Origin: Candidatus Aminicenantes bacterium
GTDB lineage: Bacteria; Acidobacteriota; Aminicenantia; Aminicenantales; JAFGBC01
Length of the DNA: 64,000 nt
Direction: 5' to 3'
Assembly: GCA_963702005.1 (NCBI GenBank)
Contig: OY969696.1
Location: 4,245,362-4,309,361, forward strand
The first letter of the stretch is position 1, and each line of letters begins with the position of its first letter. Below the pieces are notes generated by a model. The model saw nothing but the letters and a program-made list of their open reading frames with translations. It did no database searches and was not told the DNA's origin. Positions 1-9,275 of this stretch are shown in pieces. A program made the translations under genes and the position numbers.

Positions 1-837
1 AAGACGGTCGAGGCCAGCCAGTCTCTGGACGAGGTTAAAACCCGGATCCGGACCATCCTCGAGGACGAGAAAGCCCGGACCCTGGCCGACCAGCGGATCG
101 CCGATCTCGCCAAACGGGCGCGCCGGGAAAAGAGCCTCGACGTCGCCGCCCAGCGCCTGAGCCTCAAGCCGCGTAAAACGGGCCCTCTCAAGGCCGGCCA
201 AGCCCTCGAGGAGATCGACCCGTCCGGCTCGATCAGCGGCGCCTTGTTCAACCTCAAGGAGAAGGATATCTCGGAGCCCATCTACACTTACAACGGGGTC
301 GCTCTTGTTCAGCTGCAACGGATCGCGCCCTCCCACGCCGGCTCCTTCGCCGAGGTCAAGGACGATGTCAGCCAGGCAATGACCCTCGAGCGCAAGAAGG
401 AGCGGATCCGGGAGCGGATCAACGCCCTCCGGGCCCGGCTCCTGGCCGAGACCAAGAAGAGCTGGGAGGACATCGCCAAGGACGAGGGGCTCGAGTTCAA
501 AACGATCAACGAGCACAAGCGCGAGCAGTACGTCGGGACGATCGGCGAGAACGCCCGTTTCGACGCCAGCGCCTTCAGCCTTCCCCTTCGGACGGTCAGC
601 GAACCGATCGAGTACGAGAACGGCTACGCCCTTCTCCGGGTTCTCGAGCGCAAGGAGATCAGCCGGACCGACTTGGACAAAGTCCAGGCCGCCGAGCGCG
701 GCAAGCTCCTCGAGGCCAAGAAGAACAAGTTCCTCCAGTCGTTCCTGGCCAAGGCCCGCGAGGAAAAGAAAGTCAGGATCAAATACGACCTCTTCCTCAA
801 GCTCAACTCCGACCTGCTCGCCCGCTTCAGCGACTAG
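1..837 (+). CDS. PpiD/SurA-like periplasmic chaperone / peptidylprolyl isomerase, C-terminal part (5' truncated by window)
   Basis: Frame is open from base 1 (KTVEASQSLDEVKTRIR...). It has repeated 'SF.EVK.DV', 'AFSL..VSEPI...GY.LLRV' rotamase-like segments typical of PpiD C-termini. Confidence 0.75.
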   Translation, partial: KTVEASQSLDEVKTRIRTILEDEKARTLADQRIADLAKRARREKSLDVAAQRLSLKPRKTGPLKAGQALEEIDPSGSISGALFNLKEKDISEPIYTYNGVALVQLQRIAPSHAGSFAEVKDDVSQAMTLERKKERIRERINALRARLLAETKKSWEDIAKDEGLEFKTINEHKREQYVGTIGENARFDASAFSLPLRTVSEPIEYENGYALLRVLERKEISRTDLDKVQAAERGKLLEAKKNKFLQSFLAKAREEKKVRIKYDLFLKLNSDLLARFSD

Positions 838-864
838 CGCCGGAGGCGGGGGAGAAAGAACCTC

Positions 865-1806
865 ATGAACAAGCTCCGGCGTGCGGCCGAGAAGGCCGTC
901 AGCCAATCCCTCAAGCTCCGGGCCAAGGATCATTTCCTGCTCGTCACCGACAAACACAAGATGGATATCGCCGAGGCCCTGGCTTTTTGGGCCAAGAAGG
1001 CGGGCGCCGAGACGACGACCTACCTGATGACCGAGACGCTGCGGCCGATCAAGGCGCCAACCCGGCTCTTTCAGGAGATGATCAAGCGGGCGACGGCCGT
1101 CGCCTACCTTCTCGACGCCCGGATCGAGGAGAAGCCCTTCCGCGGCTACATGGTCGGGATGGGCATGAAGCTCGGCCGGATCTGCATGATGCCCGGCCTG
1201 ACCCGGGACATGATGGAGCGGCTCGTCGACATCGACTTCGAGGCCATGGACCTCTTCACCCGGCGCGTCATGGCGGCCCTCCGGGACGCCGACGACGTCG
1301 TCATCGAGAACCCCGAGGGGACCCGGATCGCCTTCAGCGTCAAGGGCCGCGACTGGCACAACGACAACGGCGATATCTCCCGCAAAGGCAAGCACGGGAA
1401 TCTGCCGGCCGGGGAATGCTACACGGCGCCGGTCGAGGAGACTTTCACGGGCCGGATCGTCATCTCCCTGATTGACGACAAGATCGGCCGCGGCGTCATG
1501 GAGTTCAAAAAGGGACGGCTCGTCAAGTGGAGCGGCAAGGGGGTCGAAGCCATCGTTAGGAACATCGGGAAAGACCCGACCGGGTTCATCATCGGCGAGT
1601 TCGGGATCGGGACGAACCGGGGGGCCCGGATCTCGCCCAACATGCTCGAGGCCGAGAAGGCGTTCGGCACGGTCCACTTCGCGATCGGCGACTCCTACGG
1701 CATCGGCAAGAACAAGTCCAAGCACCACTACGACGCCCTGGTCGGCAAGGTCACGATCCGGGCCGGGGGGAAGACGATCGCCAAGGACGGCCGGTTTTTA
1801 ATTTAG
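865..1806 (+). CDS. Thermophilic metalloprotease (M29)-like aminopeptidase
   Basis: Motifs GNLPAGE, GEFGIGTN, EAEKAFGTVHFAIGD and HYD. Confidence 0.85.
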   Translation: MNKLRRAAEKAVSQSLKLRAKDHFLLVTDKHKMDIAEALAFWAKKAGAETTTYLMTETLRPIKAPTRLFQEMIKRATAVAYLLDARIEEKPFRGYMVGMGMKLGRICMMPGLTRDMMERLVDIDFEAMDLFTRRVMAALRDADDVVIENPEGTRIAFSVKGRDWHNDNGDISRKGKHGNLPAGECYTAPVEETFTGRIVISLIDDKIGRGVMEFKKGRLVKWSGKGVEAIVRNIGKDPTGFIIGEFGIGTNRGARISPNMLEAEKAFGTVHFAIGDSYGIGKNKSKHHYDALVGKVTIRAGGKTIAKDGRFLI

Positions 1807-1810
1807 AAAA

Positions 1811-1910
1811 GGCTTTGATAGCGGTTGGGCGACTGTCCCATCTTCCTCGGACAGGCTCAGCCGACGAGGCATCTAGTACTCAGAGCTTCCCTGAGTATGG
1901 GGGTCGAAGG
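1811..1910. repeat. Dispersed intergenic repeat, copy A
   Basis: GGCTTTGATAGCGGT (1811-1825) and CTCGGACAGGCTCAGCCGA (1846-1864) recur at 33221-33235 (one mismatch) and 33282-33300 (exact). Internal hairpin TACTCAG/CTGAGTA at 1877-1897. Confidence 0.8.
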
Positions 1911-1913
1911 TTC

Positions 1914-3881
1914 ATGAAACCTTCTTTTAGGGCCTTATTCTGCATCGCAATCCTGAGCTTGAATTTTCTCTCGGCTCAACACGAAGTCACGGTGACTCTG
2001 AAATTGGCCCAAGTTTATGTCCTGGATAAGTCCGGAAACGCGGTCGCCGATTTGACCAAAGCCGACTTTGAGCTTTATGACAACGGCCAAGCCAAGCCCA
2101 TTACGGATTTCGAAAAACACGAGTTGTCCTTGGGTCAAATTCCGCAAGTCCCGCAACCTTCGCTTTCATCCCCGTCTGTTTCGAAAATGAACCGGAAGTT
2201 CTTCCTGTTCTTCGATTTTGCCTTCAACAACAGGGCGGGGATCTCGAAATCGAGGACGGCCGCGTTGAATTTTCTCGATACCCAGGTCCGTCCCGGAGAC
2301 GAAGTCGGGGTAATATCGTTTTCGGCGAGAAAGGGATTGACTCTTCACGAATATCTGACATCCGACCACGCAAGAATCCGCCAGGTCGTCGAGGGTCTGG
2401 GGTCCAATAAATTCCTGGGGAGAGCCTGGGGTCTCGAAAGCGAATGGCTCAAGGACCATATAAAATTGGATGAAGCCCTTGGCATGGGCGGGAATGAGGG
2501 AATGACAAATAGAATCGCTGAAGCTGAACAATCGGCTTTAAAGAAAGAAGCCATCGGCTTTGCCTCTCAGATTTCCGATCTGGCCAAGGCCCTCCGAAAT
2601 ATGCCCGGCATAAAAAACATTATTCTGTTCTCCTCCGGAATTCCGAATTACGCACTATACGGGGGGGGAAACTACAGGGACGAAACGGGAAGCCAATGGG
2701 GGGATACCACATTGCGCGACCGTTACAACGGAATGTGCAAGGAATTGGCGGGCTCCAACAGCGCCGTCTATGCCGTCAACGTCTCCAGCGCCGGGTCCGC
2801 GCCTTTCGATGAAAGGGACCTGAAGGGTGATGGAGCGCTCCGCCAACTGGCTAGGGAATCGGGCGGCAAGTATTTCGATAACATCAACAGCTATGAGACG
2901 ATCAACCGGACCATTCAAAAGGTGACCGGGACATACTATGTACTCGGGTGCTATATCGATGAAAAGTGGGATGGCCGTTTCCACAGCGTCCGGGTCGAGG
3001 TCAAGCGGAAAGGCTGCTCCGTCTTCGGCCAGCAAGGATATTTCAATCCGAAGCCTTTTTCCGAGTATTCGGAAAACGAAAAGCTCCTTCATATGATCGA
3101 CCTGGCCTTGGCCGAGAACCCCCTGCTCCAGGCCCCTGCTGAAGCTCCGCTGACCGCCCTGCCGATTATGGCCGGCGGGAAGTCGGGTCTCGTAGCCTTC
3201 CTCGGTATTCCGCGTCAGCTTGGGGCGAATGCTCTGGCGAACAACGCCGAAGCCCTTTGCCTGATTTTTGACGAGAAAGGAGATGCCGAGTCCATCGTCC
3301 CGCTGAAAGTCGCGGCCCACAATCTGGAAAAAGATATGACCCTGCTTGTCTTTGTCGCTCCGGCACGGCCGGGCCGCGTCGTCTGTAGAATAGTCCTCTG
3401 CAACATGGAGACCGGATATGGGGTCAGGGGATCCCAGACGATCACTATCCTGGAAGCTCGCGATGCGACCCTTTGGCTCGATCCGCCTCTCATCCTAGCC
3501 AATCGAAGCGTCGAGGAGATTTGCGCTCCGCCCCAGGCGTCGCTAGCAAACATATATGCTTATGACGCGAAAGAATATTCTCCCTTGCTTGAGGATCTGC
3601 CCGCCGGGACGAAGATATTACGAGCGGCCCTTCGGGTTACATCACTTAGGTCGAATCCCGAGATCGAGCTGACGGCGCAGCTCAGGGAGGCGGGCGGGAC
3701 GAGTCCGTGGCCGGTTCCCGTGGCCATCCTCAAAGAATTCACGGATGGTCTGACGAAGAAGCTCCTAATCGATTTGGCTCCGGGCGATCTCAAGCCCGGC
3801 CACTACTCGCTCTCCCTGATCGCCAAGGAAAAGGGCGGCCCGACAATTGCCCAGACGACCGTCGAGATAGCAGTAAAATAG
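1914..3881 (+). CDS. Secreted VWA-domain protein (Acidobacterial VWFA-related family)
   Basis: Signal peptide from ATG 1914; 'V.V.DKSG..V.DLTK.DF.LYDNG..I..F' N-terminus; LARESGG; YYVLG; FHSVRVEV. Confidence 0.85.
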   Translation: MKPSFRALFCIAILSLNFLSAQHEVTVTLKLAQVYVLDKSGNAVADLTKADFELYDNGQAKPITDFEKHELSLGQIPQVPQPSLSSPSVSKMNRKFFLFFDFAFNNRAGISKSRTAALNFLDTQVRPGDEVGVISFSARKGLTLHEYLTSDHARIRQVVEGLGSNKFLGRAWGLESEWLKDHIKLDEALGMGGNEGMTNRIAEAEQSALKKEAIGFASQISDLAKALRNMPGIKNIILFSSGIPNYALYGGGNYRDETGSQWGDTTLRDRYNGMCKELAGSNSAVYAVNVSSAGSAPFDERDLKGDGALRQLARESGGKYFDNINSYETINRTIQKVTGTYYVLGCYIDEKWDGRFHSVRVEVKRKGCSVFGQQGYFNPKPFSEYSENEKLLHMIDLALAENPLLQAPAEAPLTALPIMAGGKSGLVAFLGIPRQLGANALANNAEALCLIFDEKGDAESIVPLKVAAHNLEKDMTLLVFVAPARPGRVVCRIVLCNMETGYGVRGSQTITILEARDATLWLDPPLILANRSVEEICAPPQASLANIYAYDAKEYSPLLEDLPAGTKILRAALRVTSLRSNPEIELTAQLREAGGTSPWPVPVAILKEFTDGLTKKLLIDLAPGDLKPGHYSLSLIAKEKGGPTIAQTTVEIAVK

Positions 3882-3895
3882 ATAGAAGAACGAAG

Positions 3896-4588
3896 ATGAG
3901 CTATTACAAAGAAGGGCTCGCCGGCGAACGGCTTAGGCGGGTCTACGAGATCGCGCCACCTCGAATCCGGCAATATCTGGACGCGGAAGTCGCCTTCGTC
4001 CTGGATAATATCCGTCCCGGAGACGCCGTCCTCGAGCTCGGCTGCGGCTACGGCCGGATTATGGGCCCAGTCGCCGAAAAAGCGCGGCTCGTCATAGGCA
4101 TCGACCTGTCCTTGGCGAGCCTGCGCTTCGCGAAGCCTCTCCTGGCGGCAAATCCCAAGTGCGGGCTGGCCGCCATGGACGCCCGCCGCCTGGGTTTCCG
4201 GGACGGCGCCTTCGACGCCGTCCTCTGCATCCAGAACGGGATCTCCGCCTTTAAGATCGATCCCCCGGCGCTGATGGGGGAAAGCCTCCGGGTCGTCCGG
4301 TCCGGAGGCACGGCCTTCTTCTCGAGCTATGCGGACCGATTTTGGAAGGACCGCCTGGAATGGTTCCGGCTCCAGGCCGCGGCCGGACTCGTCGGCGAAA
4401 TTGATGAAGAAAAAACGGGAAACGGCGTCATCGTCTGCAAGGACGGCTTCACGGCCAGGACATTCCGGCCGGCGGATTTCCTGTCTCTCGCCCGGACGCT
4501 CGGGGTCGAAGCGCGCATCGAAGAGGTCGACGGCTCGAGCCTATTCTGCTCCGTCACGCCTCCCGCTCGAGATCCCCGAGCGTATTGA
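3896..4588 (+). CDS. Class I SAM-dependent methyltransferase
   Basis: Motif I VLELGCGYG, GIDLS, FDAV, LRVVRSGG. Start taken at ATG 3896. Confidence 0.9.
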   Translation: MSYYKEGLAGERLRRVYEIAPPRIRQYLDAEVAFVLDNIRPGDAVLELGCGYGRIMGPVAEKARLVIGIDLSLASLRFAKPLLAANPKCGLAAMDARRLGFRDGAFDAVLCIQNGISAFKIDPPALMGESLRVVRSGGTAFFSSYADRFWKDRLEWFRLQAAAGLVGEIDEEKTGNGVIVCKDGFTARTFRPADFLSLARTLGVEARIEEVDGSSLFCSVTPPARDPRAY

Positions 4589-5267
4589 TGCCGAGGATGA
4601 GCCTCGGGTCTCCGACCCGGAAAGCTTCGACCCGGCGCCCGCGCCGAGCCAGGACTTCGACGATGTCGGTCAGATAAAACTCCCGCTTGGCGTTGTCGTT
4701 GCCGATCGCGGATAAAAGCGGCATGACGACCCCGGCTTTGAAAACGTAGTGGGAGGTGCACGTCTCGTTAATCGCCTTGACCTCGGGCGTCGCGTCCCAC
4801 TCCTCGATGATCCGCAGGATGCGTCCCGCTTCGTCGCGCACGACTCGTCCGTAGTGGGGGGGCCTGTCCCAGACGACGGTCGCCAGCGTCGCGTCGGCGC
4901 CCGAGGCGCGATGCGCGGAGAGGAGCCCGCCCAGAAAATCCGGCGTCACGAACGGCGCGTCGCCCGGCAGGACGAGGAGGTCGCCGTCGAAATCCCGGAG
5001 GAGCGGTTTCGCCGCCATAAGCGCATGGGCTGTTCCAAGTTGCTCATTTTGAATGACATACTCGATTTCGGGTCCCAGCGCGGCTTCGACTTCTGCGGCC
5101 TTATGGCCGATGACCATTATGATGCGCGGGATCATGGCGCCCCGGCAGGCCTCGATGACATAACGGACCATGGGCTTTCCACGGAAGGGAACGAGGACCT
5201 TGGCCGTGTCCGTCTTCATCCGGGTTCCCCTCCCGGCCGCCAGGATGACCGCCGCCGTTCCCCTCAT
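4554..5267 (-). CDS. Sugar-phosphate nucleotidyltransferase (GlmU N-terminal domain only)
   Basis: ILAAGRGTRMK, EQLGTAHA, GDAP, YGRVVR, EFYLTD, GINT. No hexapeptide acetyltransferase domain follows. Confidence 0.9.
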   Translation of the reverse strand: MRGTAAVILAAGRGTRMKTDTAKVLVPFRGKPMVRYVIEACRGAMIPRIIMVIGHKAAEVEAALGPEIEYVIQNEQLGTAHALMAAKPLLRDFDGDLLVLPGDAPFVTPDFLGGLLSAHRASGADATLATVVWDRPPHYGRVVRDEAGRILRIIEEWDATPEVKAINETCTSHYVFKAGVVMPLLSAIGNDNAKREFYLTDIVEVLARRGRRVEAFRVGDPRLILGINTLGDLEREA

Positions 5268-5608
5268 GGGTTCGGGACCTCGCCGCCGGGCGGAACCGGG
5301 GCCTTCAAAAAAACAATCGTCGCGCCCCATCCGCCCCGCCCCTCGTCGGCGGTCCGGAATCCCGCGACCTCGGGCATCCGCTCCAAGACAGCCTGAACGG
5401 TCCGGCGCAAGACGCCCATCCCCTTGCCGTGAATGAGGCGGACCTCGAGGATGCCTCGCTTCCGGCACTCGGCCAGGTAGTCCGGCACGATGTCCTTGAC
5501 CTTGGCCGGCTTCACGGTGTGCAGGTCGAGCACGCCTTCGATCGGGATGGCCACCGGCTCGAGGCTCTCGATGTCGTCCGGGATGCCGTCGTCTCGGCCT
5601 TCCGTCAT
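5264..5608 (-). CDS. Smr/MutS2 C-terminal-like endonuclease domain protein
   Basis: LDLH, IHGKGMGVLR and GGWGATIV motifs. Confidence 0.92.
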   Translation of the reverse strand: MTEGRDDGIPDDIESLEPVAIPIEGVLDLHTVKPAKVKDIVPDYLAECRKRGILEVRLIHGKGMGVLRRTVQAVLERMPEVAGFRTADEGRGGWGATIVFLKAPVPPGGEVPNP

Positions 5609-5770
5609 GATCCCATGCTATCCCAACCTGCCCTGCGCTATCAATCCCCAGGTTAAGTATCTCCAACTAGTGATATCGAGGTAAAGGCTTTAAAAAAGGA
5701 AGACGGGAGCCCCAGGAATATCCGGTATTGCATCTCGCGTTTTTTTGGTAGAATACCCAGGCGAGACGTC

Positions 5771-7108
5771 ATGGCCATCAAGGCGAAACTGACGACATTC
5801 GACCTGACCATGATCGTGGTCAGCCTCGTCATCGGAATCGGAATCTTCCGGACGCCGGCCATGGTCGCCTCGGCGGCCCGGACGCCCTTTCTCTTCTTCC
5901 TGGCCTGGGGGCTGGGCGGTTTCATCAGCCTGCTGGGCGCGCTGACCTTCGCCGAGATCGGCGCCCGCTTCCCCGAGCCCGGCTCCTTCTACAAGGTCGT
6001 CGCCGTCAACGCCAATTCCGTCCTGGCCTTCATGCTCAACTGGACGAGCGTCCTCATGGTCAACGGAGCGGGCGGCGCGGCCGTCGCCATCATCGGCGCC
6101 GAGTACCTTACGCCCATCCTCCTTCCGGCCAGGCTCCAGTCGCAGACGGCCGTCCAGCTCACGGCGGCCGGCCTTTTGCTCTTCCTCCTGACCTTGAACT
6201 ACCTGGGCATCAAGACGGGCGCCTGGGCCCAGAACATCCTCAGCCTGCTCAAGATCGGCTTGATCGGGTTTCTAGCCCTTGTCGCGCTCGCCTCCAAGAC
6301 GGGAACCGTCGCGAGCGGCTCGCTCCCCATGGCAAAGACCTGGTGGCTGGGGCTGGCGATCGGGTTCATTTCAGTTTTCTACACGTACGGCGGCTATCAG
6401 TGCACGATCAATTTCGGGGCCGACATTCAAGGCGCCCGCCGGAACATGCCGCGGGCCATCCTGGCCGGGATCGCGATCATCATCGCCTGCTACCTTTTTG
6501 TCAACGCGGCCTACGTCAAGGTCCTCGGAATCCCAGGCGTTGCCGGCGCCAAGCTCGTGGCGGCCGAGACGGCCCGAGCCCTGTTCGGACCGAGCGGGGC
6601 TTTGTTCGTCTCTCTGGCCATCTTCCTCTCGGCCATGGGGTTTCTCAACGTAACCCTGATGCAGATCCCGAGAGCCTACTACGCGATGGCCGAGGACCGC
6701 ACCCTGCCGCCCTTCTTCCGCCGAGTCAACCCGCGCAGCCAAGCCCAGGAATACGGCCTTCTCTTCCTGGGCGGCGTCATCCTCCTCTCGATATTTTTCC
6801 TGGGCACGTTCGAGAACATCGTCGCCTATGTCATGTTCCTCGACGCCCTCAACATCGCCATCGTCGCCTCCATGATCTTCGTCCTGCGCCGGAAAGCCAA
6901 GGCCGAGGCCGTCCCCTACCAAGGCTATAAGGTCCCCCTCTATCCCGTCCTGCCCGCCGTCTTCGTCGTCTTCTTACTCGGAGTTTCCCTTAACGTCCTG
7001 CTGACCCAGACGCGGGAAGCCCTGTTCGGTGCGCTGCTGTTCGCCTCCGGGTTTCCCGTCTTCCTCGCCATGAGACGCTGGTACGCGAAAAGGAGTCCGA
7101 CGCCATGA
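5771..7108 (+). CDS. APC-family amino acid/polyamine permease
   Basis: IGIGIF, GALTFAEIGARFP, YGGY, RNMPRAI; about 12 hydrophobic segments. Confidence 0.9.
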   Translation: MAIKAKLTTFDLTMIVVSLVIGIGIFRTPAMVASAARTPFLFFLAWGLGGFISLLGALTFAEIGARFPEPGSFYKVVAVNANSVLAFMLNWTSVLMVNGAGGAAVAIIGAEYLTPILLPARLQSQTAVQLTAAGLLLFLLTLNYLGIKTGAWAQNILSLLKIGLIGFLALVALASKTGTVASGSLPMAKTWWLGLAIGFISVFYTYGGYQCTINFGADIQGARRNMPRAILAGIAIIIACYLFVNAAYVKVLGIPGVAGAKLVAAETARALFGPSGALFVSLAIFLSAMGFLNVTLMQIPRAYYAMAEDRTLPPFFRRVNPRSQAQEYGLLFLGGVILLSIFFLGTFENIVAYVMFLDALNIAIVASMIFVLRRKAKAEAVPYQGYKVPLYPVLPAVFVVFLLGVSLNVLLTQTREALFGALLFASGFPVFLAMRRWYAKRSPTP

Positions 7109-9264
7109 GCTCCAAGCGCCTCCCGCCGGCCCTCATCATCCTTCTCGTCCTCGCCGCGTTCGGACCGTCCGGATGCTCGAAGCCGGGCGCCGTCGGCTTC
7201 GCGCGGGACGCCAAACCGGCCGCGCCCGCTCCCGAAGAGCTTGCCGCCTCGGTGGCCGATTTTCGATTCAGCCCGGCCTGGTGGCAGTCGACGATCTGCC
7301 TCCCGGACGACTGGCTGAAAACGCTCGTCTCCAAGGAAGGCGCTCTTCTCTACGATTACCAAGGCGGCGAAACGCCAGGATTCGCGACCCGGATTTCGAT
7401 CGCCGTCCGGGACTTCGCTCCCGCGCGATCGAGTCAGTCCATGCCCGAGCCGCGCGTCCCGGTCGTCGCGACCGAGCTCCTCGACGCCTCCGGCAAGGTC
7501 CGCTGCTCCTGGAAGGCCCTGGCCGTCGTGCCGGGCGAAGATCAGGAGCTCCCCAGTTTCTCGCCCAGGGAGCGGCCGGCCGGATCGCCGCCGGCGCGCG
7601 GGGACCTCATCGTCATTCGCAAGCCGGACAAGGAGGGCGCGATCGCCGTCAAGATCGAGGGCCGGGGCCTGTTCACCGTCAAGCGGCGCGACCTGGGGCT
7701 CTACCAGGACGGCCGGCGCTTTCTGAGCGCGAGCGCGCCCTGGGATGCGTTCGATCCCTCCCCGAACGGGCCCACCCTCATCTTCCCTCCGGCGGTCGGC
7801 GAGCTCGCCATCTACGTCGCCCACGGCCACGAAGCCGGGGACGTCGATTTCGGCTGGGCCCTCGCCCAGGAAAAGCGGGCGGCCGCCTACTGGAGCTCTC
7901 TCGACCTCCCCTACGACGTCATCCGCGTCCCCGACCCGGCCGTTCAAGGTCTCCTGGACGCCTCCATCCGGAACATCTACCAGTCCCGCGAGATCAAAGA
8001 CGGGCTCCCCGTCTTTCAAGTCGGGCCGACTTGCTACCGGGGCCTGTGGGTCGTGGACGGCTGCTTCATTCTCGAGGCGATGGCCTACCTGGGAAGGGGA
8101 AGCGAGGCCCGCTCGGGCATCCGCTACCTCCTGACCCGGCAGAAGCCGGACGGTTCGTTCGAGATCCTGGACAAGTACTGGAAGGAAAACGGCATCGTCC
8201 TTTATCTTATGACGCGGCATGCCCTGCTGACTCGGGACCTTGGCTGGCTGGGAGAAAACTGGAACGTCGTGCGGCGCGTTGTCGAGGCCATCCGGCGGCT
8301 GCGCCGGGAAAGTCGAGCGAACCCGGCCGCTCCCGAGGCGGGATTGATGCCGCCCGGATTTCCCGACGGCGGGGTGGGCGGCGTCGTCCCCGAATACACG
8401 AACGTCTATTGGAACCTGGCCGGACTCAAAGCGGCCGTCGACGCGGCCCGGCTTATCGGCGCGGCCGAGCTCAAGGATTGGGAGGCGGAGTACAAGGACT
8501 TCCTGGAGGCGTTCCGCCGGGCCGCCAAACGCGACGCCAAGTCGATCGACGGAAAGCTCGTCTATCTTCCCATCCTGATGAAGGAGGACCCGGCGATCGC
8601 CCCGGTCCGCGGTCAGTGGGCATTCTGCCACGCCGTTTTCCCCGGCAAGCTCTTCGACCGGCGCGATCCCCTGGCTCTGGGTACGATGGCCCTCCTCGAC
8701 CGGAGCCAATCGGAAGGGCTTGTTTACGGCACGGGTTGGATGGCCGACGGGATCTGGAATTATTTCGCCTCCTTCTACGGCCACGCTCATCTCTGGCTCG
8801 GCCACGGCGACAAAGCCGCCCGCATCCTCTACGCTTTCGCCAACCACGCGTCCCCGCTTCGGGCCTGGCGCGAGGAGCAGCCGCCCCGGGGAAAGGACGC
8901 GGAAGGCCGGTTCGTCGGCGATATGCCCCACAACTGGGCCAGCGCGGAATTCATCCGGCTCGTCCGGAACCTCCTCATTTTGGAGCGGGGCGACGAGCTT
9001 CATCTTCTCGAGGGCATCCCCCGAGCTTGGCTGGCGGCGGGCGCGGCGACCGAGCTCAAGGACGTGGCCACGGACTTCGGACCGGTCAGTCTCCTCCTCC
9101 GGGTCGACGACGACGGCCGCCACGCCACGCTCCGCGTCCGGGCGCCCCGGGACCCCGGCCTCAAGCGGATCGTCGTCCACCTCGGCGCCTGGGCCGACCG
9201 GGGCAAGCCCGAGGTCGTAGCGGATGGGGAGGCGATCGAGACCGTCATCTCCATCGTACGCTGA
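7105..9264 (+). CDS. Secreted/lipoprotein six-hairpin (alpha/alpha)6 glycosidase-like protein
   Basis: Hydrophobic N-terminus ending in PSGC; QVGPTCYRGLWVVDG, EYTNVYW and GDMPHNWASAEF segments resemble (a/a)6 GH-like proteins. ATGA overlap with the permease. Confidence 0.65.
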   Translation: MSSKRLPPALIILLVLAAFGPSGCSKPGAVGFARDAKPAAPAPEELAASVADFRFSPAWWQSTICLPDDWLKTLVSKEGALLYDYQGGETPGFATRISIAVRDFAPARSSQSMPEPRVPVVATELLDASGKVRCSWKALAVVPGEDQELPSFSPRERPAGSPPARGDLIVIRKPDKEGAIAVKIEGRGLFTVKRRDLGLYQDGRRFLSASAPWDAFDPSPNGPTLIFPPAVGELAIYVAHGHEAGDVDFGWALAQEKRAAAYWSSLDLPYDVIRVPDPAVQGLLDASIRNIYQSREIKDGLPVFQVGPTCYRGLWVVDGCFILEAMAYLGRGSEARSGIRYLLTRQKPDGSFEILDKYWKENGIVLYLMTRHALLTRDLGWLGENWNVVRRVVEAIRRLRRESRANPAAPEAGLMPPGFPDGGVGGVVPEYTNVYWNLAGLKAAVDAARLIGAAELKDWEAEYKDFLEAFRRAAKRDAKSIDGKLVYLPILMKEDPAIAPVRGQWAFCHAVFPGKLFDRRDPLALGTMALLDRSQSEGLVYGTGWMADGIWNYFASFYGHAHLWLGHGDKAARILYAFANHASPLRAWREEQPPRGKDAEGRFVGDMPHNWASAEFIRLVRNLLILERGDELHLLEGIPRAWLAAGAATELKDVATDFGPVSLLLRVDDDGRHATLRVRAPRDPGLKRIVVHLGAWADRGKPEVVADGEAIETVISIVR

Positions 9265-9275
9265 AAGGTGAAATC

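Noticed and set aside
7173-9275. N-terminal ~700 aa of the 1120-aa ORF 7173..10535
   Set aside because: Arg/Gly/Pro-rich off-frame shadow of the 7105 gene; the real protein starts at ATG 9276.
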